From Bacillus subtilis subsp. subtilis str. 168 (GTDB taxonomy: Bacteria; Bacillota; Bacilli; Bacillales; Bacillaceae), in NCBI RefSeq assembly GCF_000009045.1, contig NC_000964.3, positions 1,170,001-1,202,000 on the forward strand: a DNA stretch of 32,000 nucleotides, in the 5' to 3' direction. The notes beneath the pieces were generated by a model. It was not told the origin of the DNA and ran no database searches. It worked only from the letters and a program-made list of their open reading frames with translations. Both the position numbers and the translations under genes were made by a program. Shown in pieces: positions 1-10,908 of the stretch; the first letter of the stretch is position 1, and each line of letters starts with the position of its first letter.

Positions 1-476
1 GTGAAATGTTTGATCTCTCCGTTTCGCGCTTTTTTATAAAGCCCTTTTGGATCGCGCTGTTCACAAACATGCAGCGGGCACTTCACATAAATTTCGAAGA
101 ACTCACCTTTAGGAAAGAGCGCTCTAACCATGTCCCGATCCTCTCTGAATGGAGAAATAAAAGCCGTTAAAATCATTTGCCCGCTGTCGACAAACAGCTT
201 CGCCACTTCTCCGATCCGGCGGATGTTTTCAATCCTGTCACCAGTCTGAAATCCAAGATCTTTGTTTAAGCCGTGGCGGATATTATCACCGTCAAGCACG
301 TAGCTCTGAATGCCCTTGCGGTAAAGCTTTTCATCGACAGCATTGGCCAGCACCGATTTTCCGGAGCCGGACAAACCTGTAAACCAAAGGACGCAGCTTT
401 TGTGTCCGTTTAAGGACTGTCTGTCAGACTTTGAGATGGCAGCGGGATGCCAAATGATGTTCGGATTGTGTGTCAT
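1..476 (-). CDS. yisZ: Adenylyl-sulfate (APS) kinase, CysC paralogue; N-terminal ~158 codons only, C-terminus lies beyond the window start
   Basis: Absent from the ORF track because it runs off the edge. The minus-strand ATG at 476 reads [69 protein letters not shown] (P-loop GLSGSGKS). The frame stays open to position 1 (..[35 protein letters not shown]). Its ATG overlaps the TGA of the upstream sulfurylase gene (ATGA). Confidence 0.9.
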   Translation of the reverse strand, partial: MTHNPNIIWHPAAISKSDRQSLNGHKSCVLWFTGLSGSGKSVLANAVDEKLYRKGIQSYVLDGDNIRHGLNKDLGFQTGDRIENIRRIGEVAKLFVDSGQMILTAFISPFREDRDMVRALFPKGEFFEIYVKCPLHVCEQRDPKGLYKKARNGEIKHF

Positions 477-1642
477 TGCAATTCCCCGCTGTTTTGCTTG
501 ATGGCAACAGGCTGTTGGTGAAGTCCCTTGATCAGCACGGCTGCGACCTCAGGCCGGCTGAATTCTTTAGGCGGCTTTTTGCCTTGGCGGAGAAGCTCTC
601 TCACTTTTGTGCCTGATAAGTGGATGTGGTCTCTCGGGCTGTGCGGACATGTTTTGGAGGTGCCCATGTTTCCGCATTTTCGGCAATAAAAGCTGTGCTC
701 AAAAAACAGCGGCTTGATGCCCAGCTCTTCCTCTGTGAATGATTGAAAAATATTTTGGGCGTCGTATGTTCCATAGTAGCTGCCGACACCCGCGTGATCA
801 CGGCCTACAATAAAATGGGTACAGCCGTAATTTTTTCGGACGAGCGCATGGAAAATCGCTTCCCGCGGACCTGCATAACGCATGGCGGCAGGGAAAACCG
901 ATAACATGACACGATCCTTTGGATAATAGTGATTAAGCAAAGCCTGGTAGCTCTCCATTCTGATATCGCTGGGGATATCGTCTGACTTTGTTTCTCCGAC
1001 AAGTGGGTGAAGCAGCAGACCGTCGACCGTTTCTAACGCTGTTTTTTGAATGTATTCATGCGCTCTGTGAACAGGGTTCCTGGTTTGAAAGCCGACAATC
1101 GTCTTCCAGCCGAGTTTTTGAAAGGCCGCTCTTGTTTCAGCGGGCGTTGCATAAAACTGTTCGAAAGATTTGTCAGGCAGGCTGCTGACCGTGATAGGCC
1201 CTCCGATATAGTAATCCGGGCGCGCCAGCAATTTTTTTACGCCTGGGTGGGCAGGATCGTTTGTTTTAAAAACAGACAGTGCTTCTTGTGTTTTATCAGG
1301 CTGGTATATATCGGTGACTGTGATCATGCCGTAGGTAACACCGTCTTTCACAAGCTTGACGTGATCTCCGGCAGACAGCTGTCTTGCTGTTTTTTCTCCG
1401 ACAGGCAGCGTAATCGGCAGGCTCCACGGCAAGCCGTTTGCCAGCCTCATCTCTTTCACAACGGAATGATAATCTTTTTCTCCCAAAAAACCTGTTAACG
1501 GGCTGTAGCCGCCGATCGCAATAAGCTCCAGATCACTCAGTGCAAGCTGATCCAGCTCTGCTTGGCACGCGCACCCTTCAAAATGGCATGCGGGATCACA
1601 GCGGTTGATTAATACCCCTCCGTGGGGTTCGTTTCCATTCAA
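473..1642 (-). CDS. yitA: Sulfate adenylyltransferase (ATP sulfurylase), Sat paralogue
   Basis: 392-aa ORF with the ATP-sulfurylase motifs [12 protein letters not shown] and [11 protein letters not shown]. The track start (TTG at 1651) directly abuts GGAGG. The TTG at 1642 lies 9 nt after GGAGG and is the more likely start (389 aa). Confidence 0.9.
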   Translation of the reverse strand: MNGNEPHGGVLINRCDPACHFEGCACQAELDQLALSDLELIAIGGYSPLTGFLGEKDYHSVVKEMRLANGLPWSLPITLPVGEKTARQLSAGDHVKLVKDGVTYGMITVTDIYQPDKTQEALSVFKTNDPAHPGVKKLLARPDYYIGGPITVSSLPDKSFEQFYATPAETRAAFQKLGWKTIVGFQTRNPVHRAHEYIQKTALETVDGLLLHPLVGETKSDDIPSDIRMESYQALLNHYYPKDRVMLSVFPAAMRYAGPREAIFHALVRKNYGCTHFIVGRDHAGVGSYYGTYDAQNIFQSFTEEELGIKPLFFEHSFYCRKCGNMGTSKTCPHSPRDHIHLSGTKVRELLRQGKKPPKEFSRPEVAAVLIKGLHQQPVAIKQNSGELQ

Positions 1643-1754
1643 CGTGTTCAACCTCCATTTATACGTTTCCTTGTTTTCTTTTCTGCACTTAATGAAAGTT
1701 TGACATCAGCGCCTTAACATCATTTCGATTCTCACATCAAGAACCTGCCATCCG

Positions 1755-2465
1755 CTATTCTTGATGCAGGCCGCATTCTGTTTTCTCCCGTCCGGCCCAT
1801 CTTCCAGCCCTCTCATCGTTCGGGTCCGGGGAAGGCAGTGTACACATTTCACAGCCTATGCTCGGATAATGTTGATCGTGCAGTTTGTTATAAGGCAAAT
1901 TGTGCAGGCGGATGTACGTCCAAACGTCATCCCATGTCCAGTGGATAAGCGGGCAAATTTTGATGAGCTCAAACTTCTGGTCCAGGTTTACGTATTGAAT
2001 ATGCTTTCTCGTTGGTGACTGATCCCGGCGCAGTCCTGAAATCCAAGCTGTCATGCCGGACAGGTGCTTTTTGAGCGGTTCGATTTTCCGCAATTGGCAG
2101 CAGAGGTTCGGGTTATGCTTCCACAGCTCTCCGCCGTACTTCGTCCCCTGTTCTGTTAAGCTCAGCTCGGGTTCGAGCATCTGGATTGCAAATCCCGGAT
2201 ATCGTTCTTTGACGGTCTCGATCAGCTCATATGTTTCCTGAAAATGAAGCCCGGTATCCAAAAAGATGATGTGTGCGTTTTTGTTGATTTTTGATATTAA
2301 GTCGAGAAGCACCATTCCTTCTGCGCCAAAGCTGCAGGCGTACACAATCTTTTCTCCGTACGTTCGGTAAGCCCATTTCAACACATCGAGCTCATCGATC
2401 AATTGATCCGTTATCTGTTTGGACAGCATGTCGTTCCAAGTGTCATATGTGATGGTTTCGTTCAA
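1755..2465 (-). CDS. yitB: Phosphoadenosine/adenosine phosphosulfate reductase (CysH paralogue, Fe-S type), producing sulfite
   Basis: 236-aa ORF. It carries the C-terminal ECGLH catalytic motif plus the cysteine pattern CC (NLCCQLRK) and CxxC (GCEMC) typical of [4Fe-4S] APS/PAPS reductases. TTG start 6 nt after a GGGGGG run. Confidence 0.88.
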   Translation of the reverse strand: MNETITYDTWNDMLSKQITDQLIDELDVLKWAYRTYGEKIVYACSFGAEGMVLLDLISKINKNAHIIFLDTGLHFQETYELIETVKERYPGFAIQMLEPELSLTEQGTKYGGELWKHNPNLCCQLRKIEPLKKHLSGMTAWISGLRRDQSPTRKHIQYVNLDQKFELIKICPLIHWTWDDVWTYIRLHNLPYNKLHDQHYPSIGCEMCTLPSPDPNDERAGRWAGREKTECGLHQE

Positions 2466-2649
2466 TGTTTTCCCCCCGTTTGCATCTGCTTTTTTTATCT
2501 ATTGATCGAGTTATAGGCAGACTATTCATTTTTTGCATAAAGGTTCAGGTTTTAGGTGCCGCGCCCGCCTAAAATGAGGTGCGGAACCATTAAGAGCCCG
2601 GCTGAATATGCTTTTTAGCAAAATGGTTTTATGCCCAAGGAGAGGTAGT

Positions 2650-3336
2650 ATGCCGATTGCCATTTATCAGGGGCATCATCATTCGCTTGCCCCGGCGGAC
2701 ATTAACATCGTCATTGATGTCATCAGAGCCTTTACGGTCGCCCATTATGCGTTTATCGGCGGGGCGAAAGAGATTTTGTTGGTCCGGACAGCTGATGAAG
2801 CCTTTGCGCTGAAAGACACCTATCCGGATTATGTTTTGACGGGAGAGGAAAAGGGGGTCGGTATCAGCGGATTTGATTTAGATAATTCTCCAAAACGTAT
2901 GGCTGGGCAGAATATGACGGATAAAAGCCTGATCCAGAAAACAACAAACGGCGTCACAGCAGCATTGGGGGCGCTGAACGCAAAGCATCTGTTCGTAACT
3001 GGATTTTCCAATGCCAAAACAACGGCACAGCATGTGAAAAAGCTCGTCGCAAACGATTGTGTCATAAACATAGTGGCTTCCCATCCATCCGGTGATGACG
3101 ATATGGCATGTGCGGAGTATATCAAAGGCATCATTGAAGGGACAAATGTGGTAACGGCTGCGGAGGCGATTGAAAGAATAAAAGGCTCTTCTGTTGCGGA
3201 GAAGTTTTTTGACTGCCGCCAGCCATTGTTTGATTCGGAAGACATCGTTTACTGTACAAAAGAACTGACGGGCGATTTCGTGATGAAAGTGAAACAAGAT
3301 GGAGAAGTTCCAACGATAGAGAGGGTCATAATATGA
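2650..3336 (+). CDS. yitC: 2-phosphosulfolactate phosphatase (ComB family)
   Basis: The ORF track starts at 2608. The ATG at 2650 follows AAGGAGAGG with good spacing and gives 228 aa (MPIAIYQGHH..). I recognise the protein as the ComB-family YitC. Its stop overlaps the yitD start (ATGA). Confidence 0.85.
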   Translation: MPIAIYQGHHHSLAPADINIVIDVIRAFTVAHYAFIGGAKEILLVRTADEAFALKDTYPDYVLTGEEKGVGISGFDLDNSPKRMAGQNMTDKSLIQKTTNGVTAALGALNAKHLFVTGFSNAKTTAQHVKKLVANDCVINIVASHPSGDDDMACAEYIKGIIEGTNVVTAAEAIERIKGSSVAEKFFDCRQPLFDSEDIVYCTKELTGDFVMKVKQDGEVPTIERVII

Positions 3337-4091
3337 ATGATTTTTCACTAGAATTGCCAGTGAGAACAAACAAGCCGAGAGAAACCGGGCAGTCCATTTT
3401 AATTGATAACGGCTATCCCTTGCAATTTTTCAAAGATGCGATAGCCGGAGCGTCCGACTATATTGATTTTGTGAAATTCGGCTGGGGCACATCATTACTT
3501 ACGAAAGATCTTGAAGAAAAAATCAGCACACTGAAAGAACATGACATTACATTTTTCTTTGGCGGCACACTGTTTGAAAAGTACGTAAGCCAGAAAAAAG
3601 TGAATGAATTTCATCGGTACTGCACCTATTTCGGCTGTGAATATATTGAGATTTCAAACGGTACGCTCCCGATGACAAATAAAGAGAAAGCGGCTTACAT
3701 TGCCGATTTTTCTGATGAATTTCTTGTGCTCAGTGAGGTGGGCAGCAAGGATGCGGAATTAGCAAGCCGGCAAAGCTCTGAGGAATGGCTTGAATATATC
3801 GTTGAGGATATGGAAGCGGGCGCGGAAAAAGTGATTACAGAAGCCAGAGAAAGCGGAACGGGAGGGATCTGTTCCAGCAGCGGCGATGTCAGGTTTCAAA
3901 TTGTTGACGACATCATTTCCTCGGATATTGATATCAACAGGCTGATTTTTGAAGCGCCTAACAAAACGCTTCAGCAAGGGTTTATTCAAAAAATCGGGCC
4001 GAATGTGAATCTTGCCAATATTCCATTTCATGATGCCATCGCGTTGGAAACGCTGCGTTTAGGGCTAAGATCCGATACCTTTTTTCTGTAA
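3333..4091 (+). CDS. yitD: Phosphosulfolactate synthase (ComA family; PEP + sulfite -> 2-phospho-3-sulfolactate)
   Basis: 252-aa ORF, translationally coupled to yitC. I recognise it as the ComA-family protein YitD. Confidence 0.87.
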   Translation: MNDFSLELPVRTNKPRETGQSILIDNGYPLQFFKDAIAGASDYIDFVKFGWGTSLLTKDLEEKISTLKEHDITFFFGGTLFEKYVSQKKVNEFHRYCTYFGCEYIEISNGTLPMTNKEKAAYIADFSDEFLVLSEVGSKDAELASRQSSEEWLEYIVEDMEAGAEKVITEARESGTGGICSSSGDVRFQIVDDIISSDIDINRLIFEAPNKTLQQGFIQKIGPNVNLANIPFHDAIALETLRLGLRSDTFFL

Positions 4092-4103
4092 AATAGCGGC
4101 TGC

Positions 4104-4837
<734 letters not shown>

Positions 4838-4839
4838 TC

Positions 4840-4877
4840 AAAATAAAGAAATGGCCCAGCTTAATAGGCTGAGCCAT
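4840..4877 (-). terminator. Intrinsic terminator of yitG-yitF
   Basis: The minus-strand RNA AUGGCUCAGC-cuauuaa-GCUGGGCCAU forms a 10-bp stem with one G-U pair, followed by UUCUUUAUUUU. The yitF stop codon sits in the loop. Confidence 0.6.
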
Positions 4878-5976
4878 CCCACTTGTAGCGATTGACGATC
4901 TCCATATTGATCTCTGTGCCAATGCCTTTTCCTTTCGGGATGTGGACCATTCCTTTTGAAGGCTGCAGGCTGACGAGATCTGTAAAAGGATTCTCCATGA
5001 CGTCCCACTCGATCGGTTCAATGTGATCGTTCTTCATTTTAGACCATGGGGGCAGACAGGCTTGTGCAAATAAAGCATAGAGCCGTGAGAGCGATCCGTC
5101 ATATGCATGGGCGGATGCTCTGACGCCGAAATAACGCGCGAGCTGGAGGCAGTCCCGAAACTCATCAATTCCGTTGACATGCATGACATCGGGCTGAATG
5201 ATATCCAAACAGCGCTGTGAAAGGAGAGGCACATATTGCGCCGGGCCTTTCATGTTTTCTCCGCCGGCAACAGGAACAGACAAACGGCTTCGAAGCATAG
5301 CGTAATCCTGCGGCTGATCAAAGGGCAAAGGCTCCTCAAGCCAGCCAATGTTCGTCCATTCGGAGAAATAGCGCTCCCATTTAAAAGCCGCAGCGGCATC
5401 GTAGCTTTGGTTTGCGTCCAGAATCATCGTAATGGAGCTGCCTGCTGTATGCTGCAGCGCATTGATGTGCCGGACATCCTCCTTGAATGAAGTCCCGCCA
5501 ATTTTGACTTTGATTTGCTCAAAACCTTTTTTCAACTGGGCTTCAACATTGGAGACTGAGCGGCTGATCCATTGCGGGGAGTCTGAGTACGATTGAAAAG
5601 ACGCGTACACAGGAATCTCCTCTCTGTATCGCCCGCCCCATAATTCGCAAACCGAACAATCCGCAGCTTTGGCTGCAATCTCTGTCAGCGCCATGCTTAC
5701 AGCGGAGGCCGCCCGCTGGTGCCATTTTTGAATCGTGCGCACTAATGACAGGCGGCTGCCAGCCTGTTTTCCTAATAGAAATGGGATGATCCGCTTCGTA
5801 AAACCGACATGGAGAGCAGGGAGCCAATCAACGCATTCTCCCCAGCCGTCTATCCCGCTTTCGGTGATAATCCTGATGAGATAACAAGTCCGATATCGTT
5901 TAAACCCATTGGCATCTCCGTATGGCTTTTCTAATCGATGAAATAGCGGAAAGGTTTCAATCCGTACAATTTTCAC
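4861..5976 (-). CDS. yitF: Enolase-superfamily enzyme (mandelate racemase / muconate lactonizing enzyme family), substrate unknown
   Basis: 371-aa ORF with a KxK motif (IKVKIGG) and the metal-ligand motifs [13 protein letters not shown] and IIQPDV. GTG start 8 nt after the yitG stop codon. Confidence 0.85.
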
Positions 5977-5984
5977 ACTGGGTG

Positions 5985-7253
5985 CTACCTTTCCTCAGCG
6001 GGCTGGAGCCGATTGCCAGCCATTTTAGGGTCTTCTTTTTCTTTTGTTTCTTCATTGTTTTGCTTCACATGGATGAGCATCATCACAAGAATCCCGACAA
6101 CGAGAGTCAATCCCGCGATGCTTAAAAACATGCCGGGTCTGGACCATTGCATCAGGCGGCCGAAAATCGGAGGACCGATCGCTACCCCTAAGAAACGTAC
6201 AGAGCCGTACAGCGAGGTGACAAATCCCCGTCTTTCTTTGCCGACAGCCCCGGTAATGAAACTGTTCACACAAGGAAGGACAAGACCTGAGCCTATACTG
6301 CTCAGTACAAGAACACTGATAAAAAGGACAAGATTTTCAATGAATGACAGTGCCGCGTAGGATACGGTCATGAACGCCAATCCAAGTACGATCAGCTTTT
6401 TCATTAACGATTGCTTTTGCCCGATTTTGCTTCCTGTTGTATAGGACGTCACACACATAACCAAAAGCGGGATCGCTAAAATTAAGCCTTTTTTCACGCC
6501 GTCGGTGTCGTATGTTTTTTCAAGAACATCTGAGAGATAAAACAGGATGCCGAATAAAGTAAACAAACAGGTCGCACCGGCTAAATAAGCGGTAAACAGC
6601 CATCTGCCTTCATGTTTAAAGACACTTAACAGCCCTTTTGCATATTGTCCGATTGGTGGCGGTTCTTTTTCCTTTTTCTTTTCTTTAATAAAAATCCAAG
6701 TCAGTACGATCGAAATGATACAAAACACAGGAAAGGCAAAAAACGCGCCATACCAGACAAGCAGGGCGATCAGCGAGCCAATGATCGGCGATAGCACTTT
6801 CCCCATGCCGTTTGAAGCTTCAACAAGGCCGAGCACCTTGCTCTCCTGGGCGCCTTTAAACAGATCTCCCGTCAGTGCCATGGCAATTGGGCCGGTTCCG
6901 GCTGCCCCGATTCCCTGTAACGCTCGTCCTGCCATGACCCAAGGATAGGCATTGTCAAAAAAACCTGCCGCAAACCCGGCTAACAAACCGCCGGCACCAT
7001 ACAAAATTAAGCAGGGAATAATGATGACTTTCCTTGAGAATCGGTCTGCGAGATAACCGACAATCGGAATCGCAAATGCTGCAATCAAGGAAAATACTGT
7101 GATCACGAGACTGACTTGAAATTGTGATAAATGAAGTTCAGATTTCATTTTTGGCAAAATCGGAATAAGCATCGAGTTTCCTAGGGTTAATATTAAAGGG
7201 ATTGAACCGATTGCCACAATCGTCATTCCGTTATTTTGTTTTGATGATTCCAT
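5985..7253 (-). CDS. yitG: Major facilitator superfamily transporter
   Basis: Long multi-TM ORF with MFS motif A ([10 protein letters not shown]). The track start (GTG at 7265) abuts the SD sequence. The ATG at 7253 (MESSKQNNG..) follows AAAGGAG and gives 422 aa. Confidence 0.85.
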
Positions 7254-7323
7254 CTCAGAGCACACTCCTTTTCTTCTGCTTAGAATGTCCCTGATGGCTT
7301 CGTTTATTCAGCGATCAGACAGC

Positions 7324-7359
7324 AAAAAACCGAACAGAAGATACCTGTTCGGGAAAAAA
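7324..7359. terminator. Terminator downstream of yitH (symmetrical, A-run and T-run on both sides)
   Basis: AAAAAA-CCGAACAG-aagatac-CTGTTCGG-GAAAAAA. Confidence 0.6.
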
Positions 7360-7364
7360 GAGGG

Positions 7365-8213
7365 TTAACCGAGAGCCTGTGAAATCAAAGCATATAAGTG
7401 TCCATTTTGAATAGGCGCTTTTTTCTGATAGAACAAAATCGGAGGTTCATCATCTTTATGAAATCCCATTTCTATCAGGCTGTCATGCAGAGACGTGTGT
7501 TCACTCGGTATATCGATTCGCATCGGCCCTTGTTTGCCGGCCGCCAGCCTTGTAATTATCTGTGCTGCAACATCTGATGATGGAGCGATGATAGGGCCGA
7601 ATTTCAAATTGGCCGGTGTCTGTACAGAAAGTCCGTAGCCAATGAGCTGTCCGTCCTGATTTCTGGCGATGATACATTCGCATGAAGCAGAAATAAGCTG
7701 CTGCAAAAGGTTTGATCGATCTCCGCCAAAGGCAGCCAGATCCGCCGCGGTTAAGTCGTGAAAGTCTTGTTCTCTAAAGGATGTCAGTTCAGCATCAAGC
7801 TTTTTTGTATAAGGTTGAAAACTGTGACAGCTGTACTTTCGCACTGAACCTGCCGTATGAAAACCTGCTTTTTCATAAAGCGGCAAACCTTCTTTTGTGG
7901 CGCAAAGCCTGATGGCGGTGTTTTCATCCGTTTGGGTAATACAGGCGTTTACCATACGCCGGCCAAGACCGAGCCGTTGATATTCCTTGTCAACGATAAC
8001 AAGGCCGATAGAAGTAAGACGGCCAAACAAAAACAAGCCGATGCAGGAAATAATATCACCGCTGACATTTTGATAACCGAAAAAGCGTCCCTGCTGAACA
8101 AGCAGTTTCAGCTCTTGTTCGCCATAATCCGGCCACCCGGCTTGCCCGCAAAGCCGCAATAAGCCGGAAACGTGTTCTTCATGAAGCTTAATCAGTTCAT
8201 CTACTACGTCCAT
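7365..8213 (-). CDS. yitH: GNAT-family N-acetyltransferase, two-domain
   Basis: The track ORF is 321 aa. The ATG at 8213 (MDVVDELIKLHEEH..) lies 4 nt after the yitI stop and gives 282 aa. The GNAT core is visible (QRLGLGRRMV). Confidence 0.8.
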   Translation of the reverse strand: MDVVDELIKLHEEHVSGLLRLCGQAGWPDYGEQELKLLVQQGRFFGYQNVSGDIISCIGLFLFGRLTSIGLVIVDKEYQRLGLGRRMVNACITQTDENTAIRLCATKEGLPLYEKAGFHTAGSVRKYSCHSFQPYTKKLDAELTSFREQDFHDLTAADLAAFGGDRSNLLQQLISASCECIIARNQDGQLIGYGLSVQTPANLKFGPIIAPSSDVAAQIITRLAAGKQGPMRIDIPSEHTSLHDSLIEMGFHKDDEPPILFYQKKAPIQNGHLYALISQALG

Positions 8214-8217
8214 AAGA

Positions 8218-8667
8218 TCACCTGCTTGTTCTAAGTGTTTTGTACATGACAATATGATTGCCAATGCCGGGAATGTCAAATGGTTCGCCAAGTTCCTTCC
8301 AGCCAAGCTTGGCATAGTAGCCCTTGACATGGTGTCTTGCGTTGCACCATACCGCCTGAACGCCGCTCTCCGCCAGTTTGTGCTCCGCGTGTTTGATCAG
8401 CGTGCTTCCAGCTTTTTGATCGCGATATCCCTCGAGCGTTGCCATGCCTCTCAGCCGATACGCAGAGGCTTCCGTTAATAAAGGCTGACTTTGCGGGGAA
8501 AAAGAAGCGATGCTGATCAGCGTTCCATCATAAAACACGCCGAGATGAAAGGAGCCTTCTGCGTGATCCTCTTTATATTTGCATTGTTCGATGGATTGAT
8601 GGGGACGCAGAATGCGATGCCGGATTTCATATGTATCTTCCACGGAAATGGTTTTGACTTCGAGCAT
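8218..8667 (-). CDS. yitI: GNAT-family N-acetyltransferase
   Basis: The ATG at 8667 (MLEVKTISVEDTY..) follows GAGGAGG and gives 149 aa. GNAT motif RDQKAGSTLI. Confidence 0.85.
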   Translation of the reverse strand: MLEVKTISVEDTYEIRHRILRPHQSIEQCKYKEDHAEGSFHLGVFYDGTLISIASFSPQSQPLLTEASAYRLRGMATLEGYRDQKAGSTLIKHAEHKLAESGVQAVWCNARHHVKGYYAKLGWKELGEPFDIPGIGNHIVMYKTLRTSR

Positions 8668-8716
8668 AATGTTCCTCCTCATGATTGTTTTTCTATATCG
8701 TAACACGAATCTCGTT

Positions 8717-8752
8717 GAAAAAGACTGCCCGATTCGATCAGGCAGTCTTTTG
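8717..8752 (-). terminator. Intrinsic terminator of yitJ
   Basis: Minus strand: AAAAGACUGCC-ugaucgaaucg-GGCAGUCUUUUU. Confidence 0.6.
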
Positions 8753-8756
8753 GAAA

Positions 8757-10595
8757 TTAATGCAAAAAGATATTTTGGCGCTGCTCATCTTTTTGCTGAA
8801 TATATGATGTGAGCTCAGCGGTTAAGTCAGATCTGAGGAAAGGCGTTATCAAGTAGATGCCGTTAAACAGCTCGCATGCCGTATCCAGCAGGGAGCGTGC
8901 AATTGCAAGGCCTTCCGCCTTTTGCTTTTCTTTATCTTCACCGGCATGGGCCATTTTTTCGCGAATCGTATCAGACAGCTTAATGCCGGGAATTTCATTA
9001 TGGATGAATTCGGCATTCCGGCTGCTTGTCAGCGGCATGATGCCGATATAGATCGGCGTCTTCAGATGTTTTGTTTCGTTATGGATATCGACAAGCTGCT
9101 GCTCGGAATAGACAGGCTGAGAAACAAAATAATCTGCGCCGCAATCTATTTTTTTCTCAAGCCGTTTTACCGCTTTATCCAGATGGCGGACGTTAGGATT
9201 AAATGCGGCGGCAACTGAGAAATTCGTTTTCTTGCCGAGCGGTTTTCCAGACAGAGACAGACCTTCATTGAATTGTTTGATCAGCCTGATTAAATCAAAA
9301 GATGTTAAATCATATACAGACGTCGCCCCAGGAAAATCCCCGATTTTAGAAGGGTCACCTGTAATAGCAAGCACGTCATTCAGCCCTAACGTATCAAGGC
9401 CCATTAAATGTGACTGTAAGCCGATAATGTTACGGTCACGGCACGTAATATGGACAAGGGAACGCATATCGAGCTGCTGCTTGACAAGGGCGCCGCAGGC
9501 AACATTGCTGATCCGCGGGGTCGCCAAAGAATTGTCGGCGAGTGTCAGGGCATCGATTCCCGCTTCTTTTAATTCAGCAGCAGCGGACAGAAATTTGTCA
9601 AAGCTTAGTTTTTTCGGCGGGTCCAGCTCTACGATAATAGAGCGTTTTTTCGCTGCGATCTCATCCAGGCCGGGCTCGGTTCGCTCGTGATGAACAGAAA
9701 TGAATTCTTTCGCCCGGGTTTTGACTTCTTTTTCCGTAATCGGAGCCAGCCCGCCAACCGCTTCCGCCATCGCCCTGATGTGATTCGGCGTTGTGCCGCA
9801 GCAGCCGCCGATAATCCGCGCACCTTGCTTACGGAATTCTGACGCGCTGTTTTGAAAATACGTGTCGTCTGTTTCATAGACGAGCCGTCCCTCTTCAAGC
9901 GAAGGAAGACTGCTGTTCGGATAAACGGATAAGAATACGTCATCAAAAATCGGCACTTCGCTTAGCGCTTCAATCATGTGATAAGGGCCGAGGCGGCAGT
10001 TAATGCCGACAATATCAGCTCCGAGATCCGCAATCGAGCGCAATGCGTCAGAAAGCGGCGTTCCGTCCTGCAATACGCCTTGCTCGTGCATGGAGACATT
10101 GAGCATAATCGGAAGATCAGTCTCTTTGCGCGCGATTTTCAGCACTTCACGGGCTTCTTCCAAATCATAATATGTTTCTAACAGCAAGCCATCCGGCTCT
10201 TCATGCAGCAGCAGATACAGCTGCTCGCGGAAGCTGCGCTTAATTTCGTCAAGACTGTATGCGTTTTTATTAAATGTGCGTATGCCGCCCATCGTTCCAA
10301 GCACGTATGCATCGCCTGCTGAAGCCCGCGCGATCTTTACGGCCTCCTGATTCATTTTTTTGATGTCATCCTCAAGCCCGTGTCTGGATAATTTAATATA
10401 GTTGGCTCCGTACGTATTCGTTTGAATAATGTTGGCTCCCGCTTCAACGTACGCTTTATGTATGCGCTGAATTTCCTCCGGCTTTGAAATATTGAGCTCC
10501 TCAAAACACCTGTCAATGCCATAGGAGTAGAGGAGCGTCCCCATGGCGCCGTCACCGATTAACACCTGTCTTTGCAAATCTTCTAAAAGTCCCAT
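8757..10595 (-). CDS. yitJ: Bifunctional homocysteine S-methyltransferase / 5,10-methylenetetrahydrofolate reductase
   Basis: 612-aa ORF. The N-terminal half carries homocysteine-methyltransferase motifs ([24 protein letters not shown] zinc cysteines). The C-terminal half is MTHFR-like (IIVELDPPK..). An S-box leader precedes it. Confidence 0.92.
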
Positions 10596-10637
10596 TGTCT
10601 GCCTCCTTTATTCACATCAGCAAGGAAAAAAGAGAAA

Positions 10638-10806
10638 TAAAAAAAGTCCTCTTAAGAAGAAGACTTTGTCAGTGATTTTGTCTCTTCTTATCTTCCAAGC
10701 TGTTCGAGCTTGCTGGATTTAGCACCTTGGTCATGGCTGATCGCCATTACACCGGTTGCTGAAGCTTCGTCGGGCCAGTCCCTCTGCTTCTCTTGATAAG
10801 AACGGA
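10638..10806 (-). promoter_or_regulatory. S-box (SAM-I) riboswitch with intrinsic terminator, leader of yitJ
   Basis: The minus strand reads TTCTTATCAAGAGAAGCAGAGGGACTGGCCCGACGAAGCTTCAGCAACCGGTGTAATGGCGATCAGCCATGACCAAGGTGCTAAATCCAGCAAGCTCGAACAGCTTGGAAGATAAGAAGAG. P1 is CTTATC (10795-10800) paired with GATAAG (10687-10692). The conserved cores AGAGGGA..GGCCC, CAACC and GGTGCTAA are all present. The terminator AGTCTTCT-tctta-AGAGGACT plus T7 lies at 10638-10665. Confidence 0.93.
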
Positions 10807-10908
10807 TATGAAATTTTCGTGTCAGGAAGTGCCAAAAGATATCTGGCGTTTTTCCCTTTCTCCAAATTTACCGAAAATAAAGACAATAATCAATAGGAAT
10901 CAGAAAAT

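Noticed and set aside
1046-1498. A 150-aa plus-strand ORF, and similar track ORFs at 601-801, 805-1002, 988-1188, 1761-2018 and 2053-2241, antisense to or overlapping yitA and yitB.
   Set aside because: They lie entirely inside well-supported genes on the opposite strand or in an alternate frame. They have Cys/Arg/Phe-rich low-complexity composition, no SD and no recognisable motifs. They are typical shadow ORFs.
2466-2649. Looked for SigE, SigK or SigG promoter consensus elements in the divergent yitB/yitC control region, to support sporulation control of the sulfolactate genes.
   Set aside because: Only partial matches were found (e.g. GCATATT, CATAAAGG), and with wrong spacings. I could not support any specific promoter call from the sequence alone.
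2829-3369. Antisense ORFs of 138, 163 and 60 aa opposite yitC.
   Set aside because: These are shadow ORFs within the ComB-family gene, with no ribosome-binding sites or domain signatures.
10811-10870. Tried to define the yitJ promoter upstream of the S-box (TTGGCA-18-TCATAT).
   Set aside because: The -10 match is weak (3/6) and the spacer is non-optimal. The promoter must be near here, but I cannot place it confidently.
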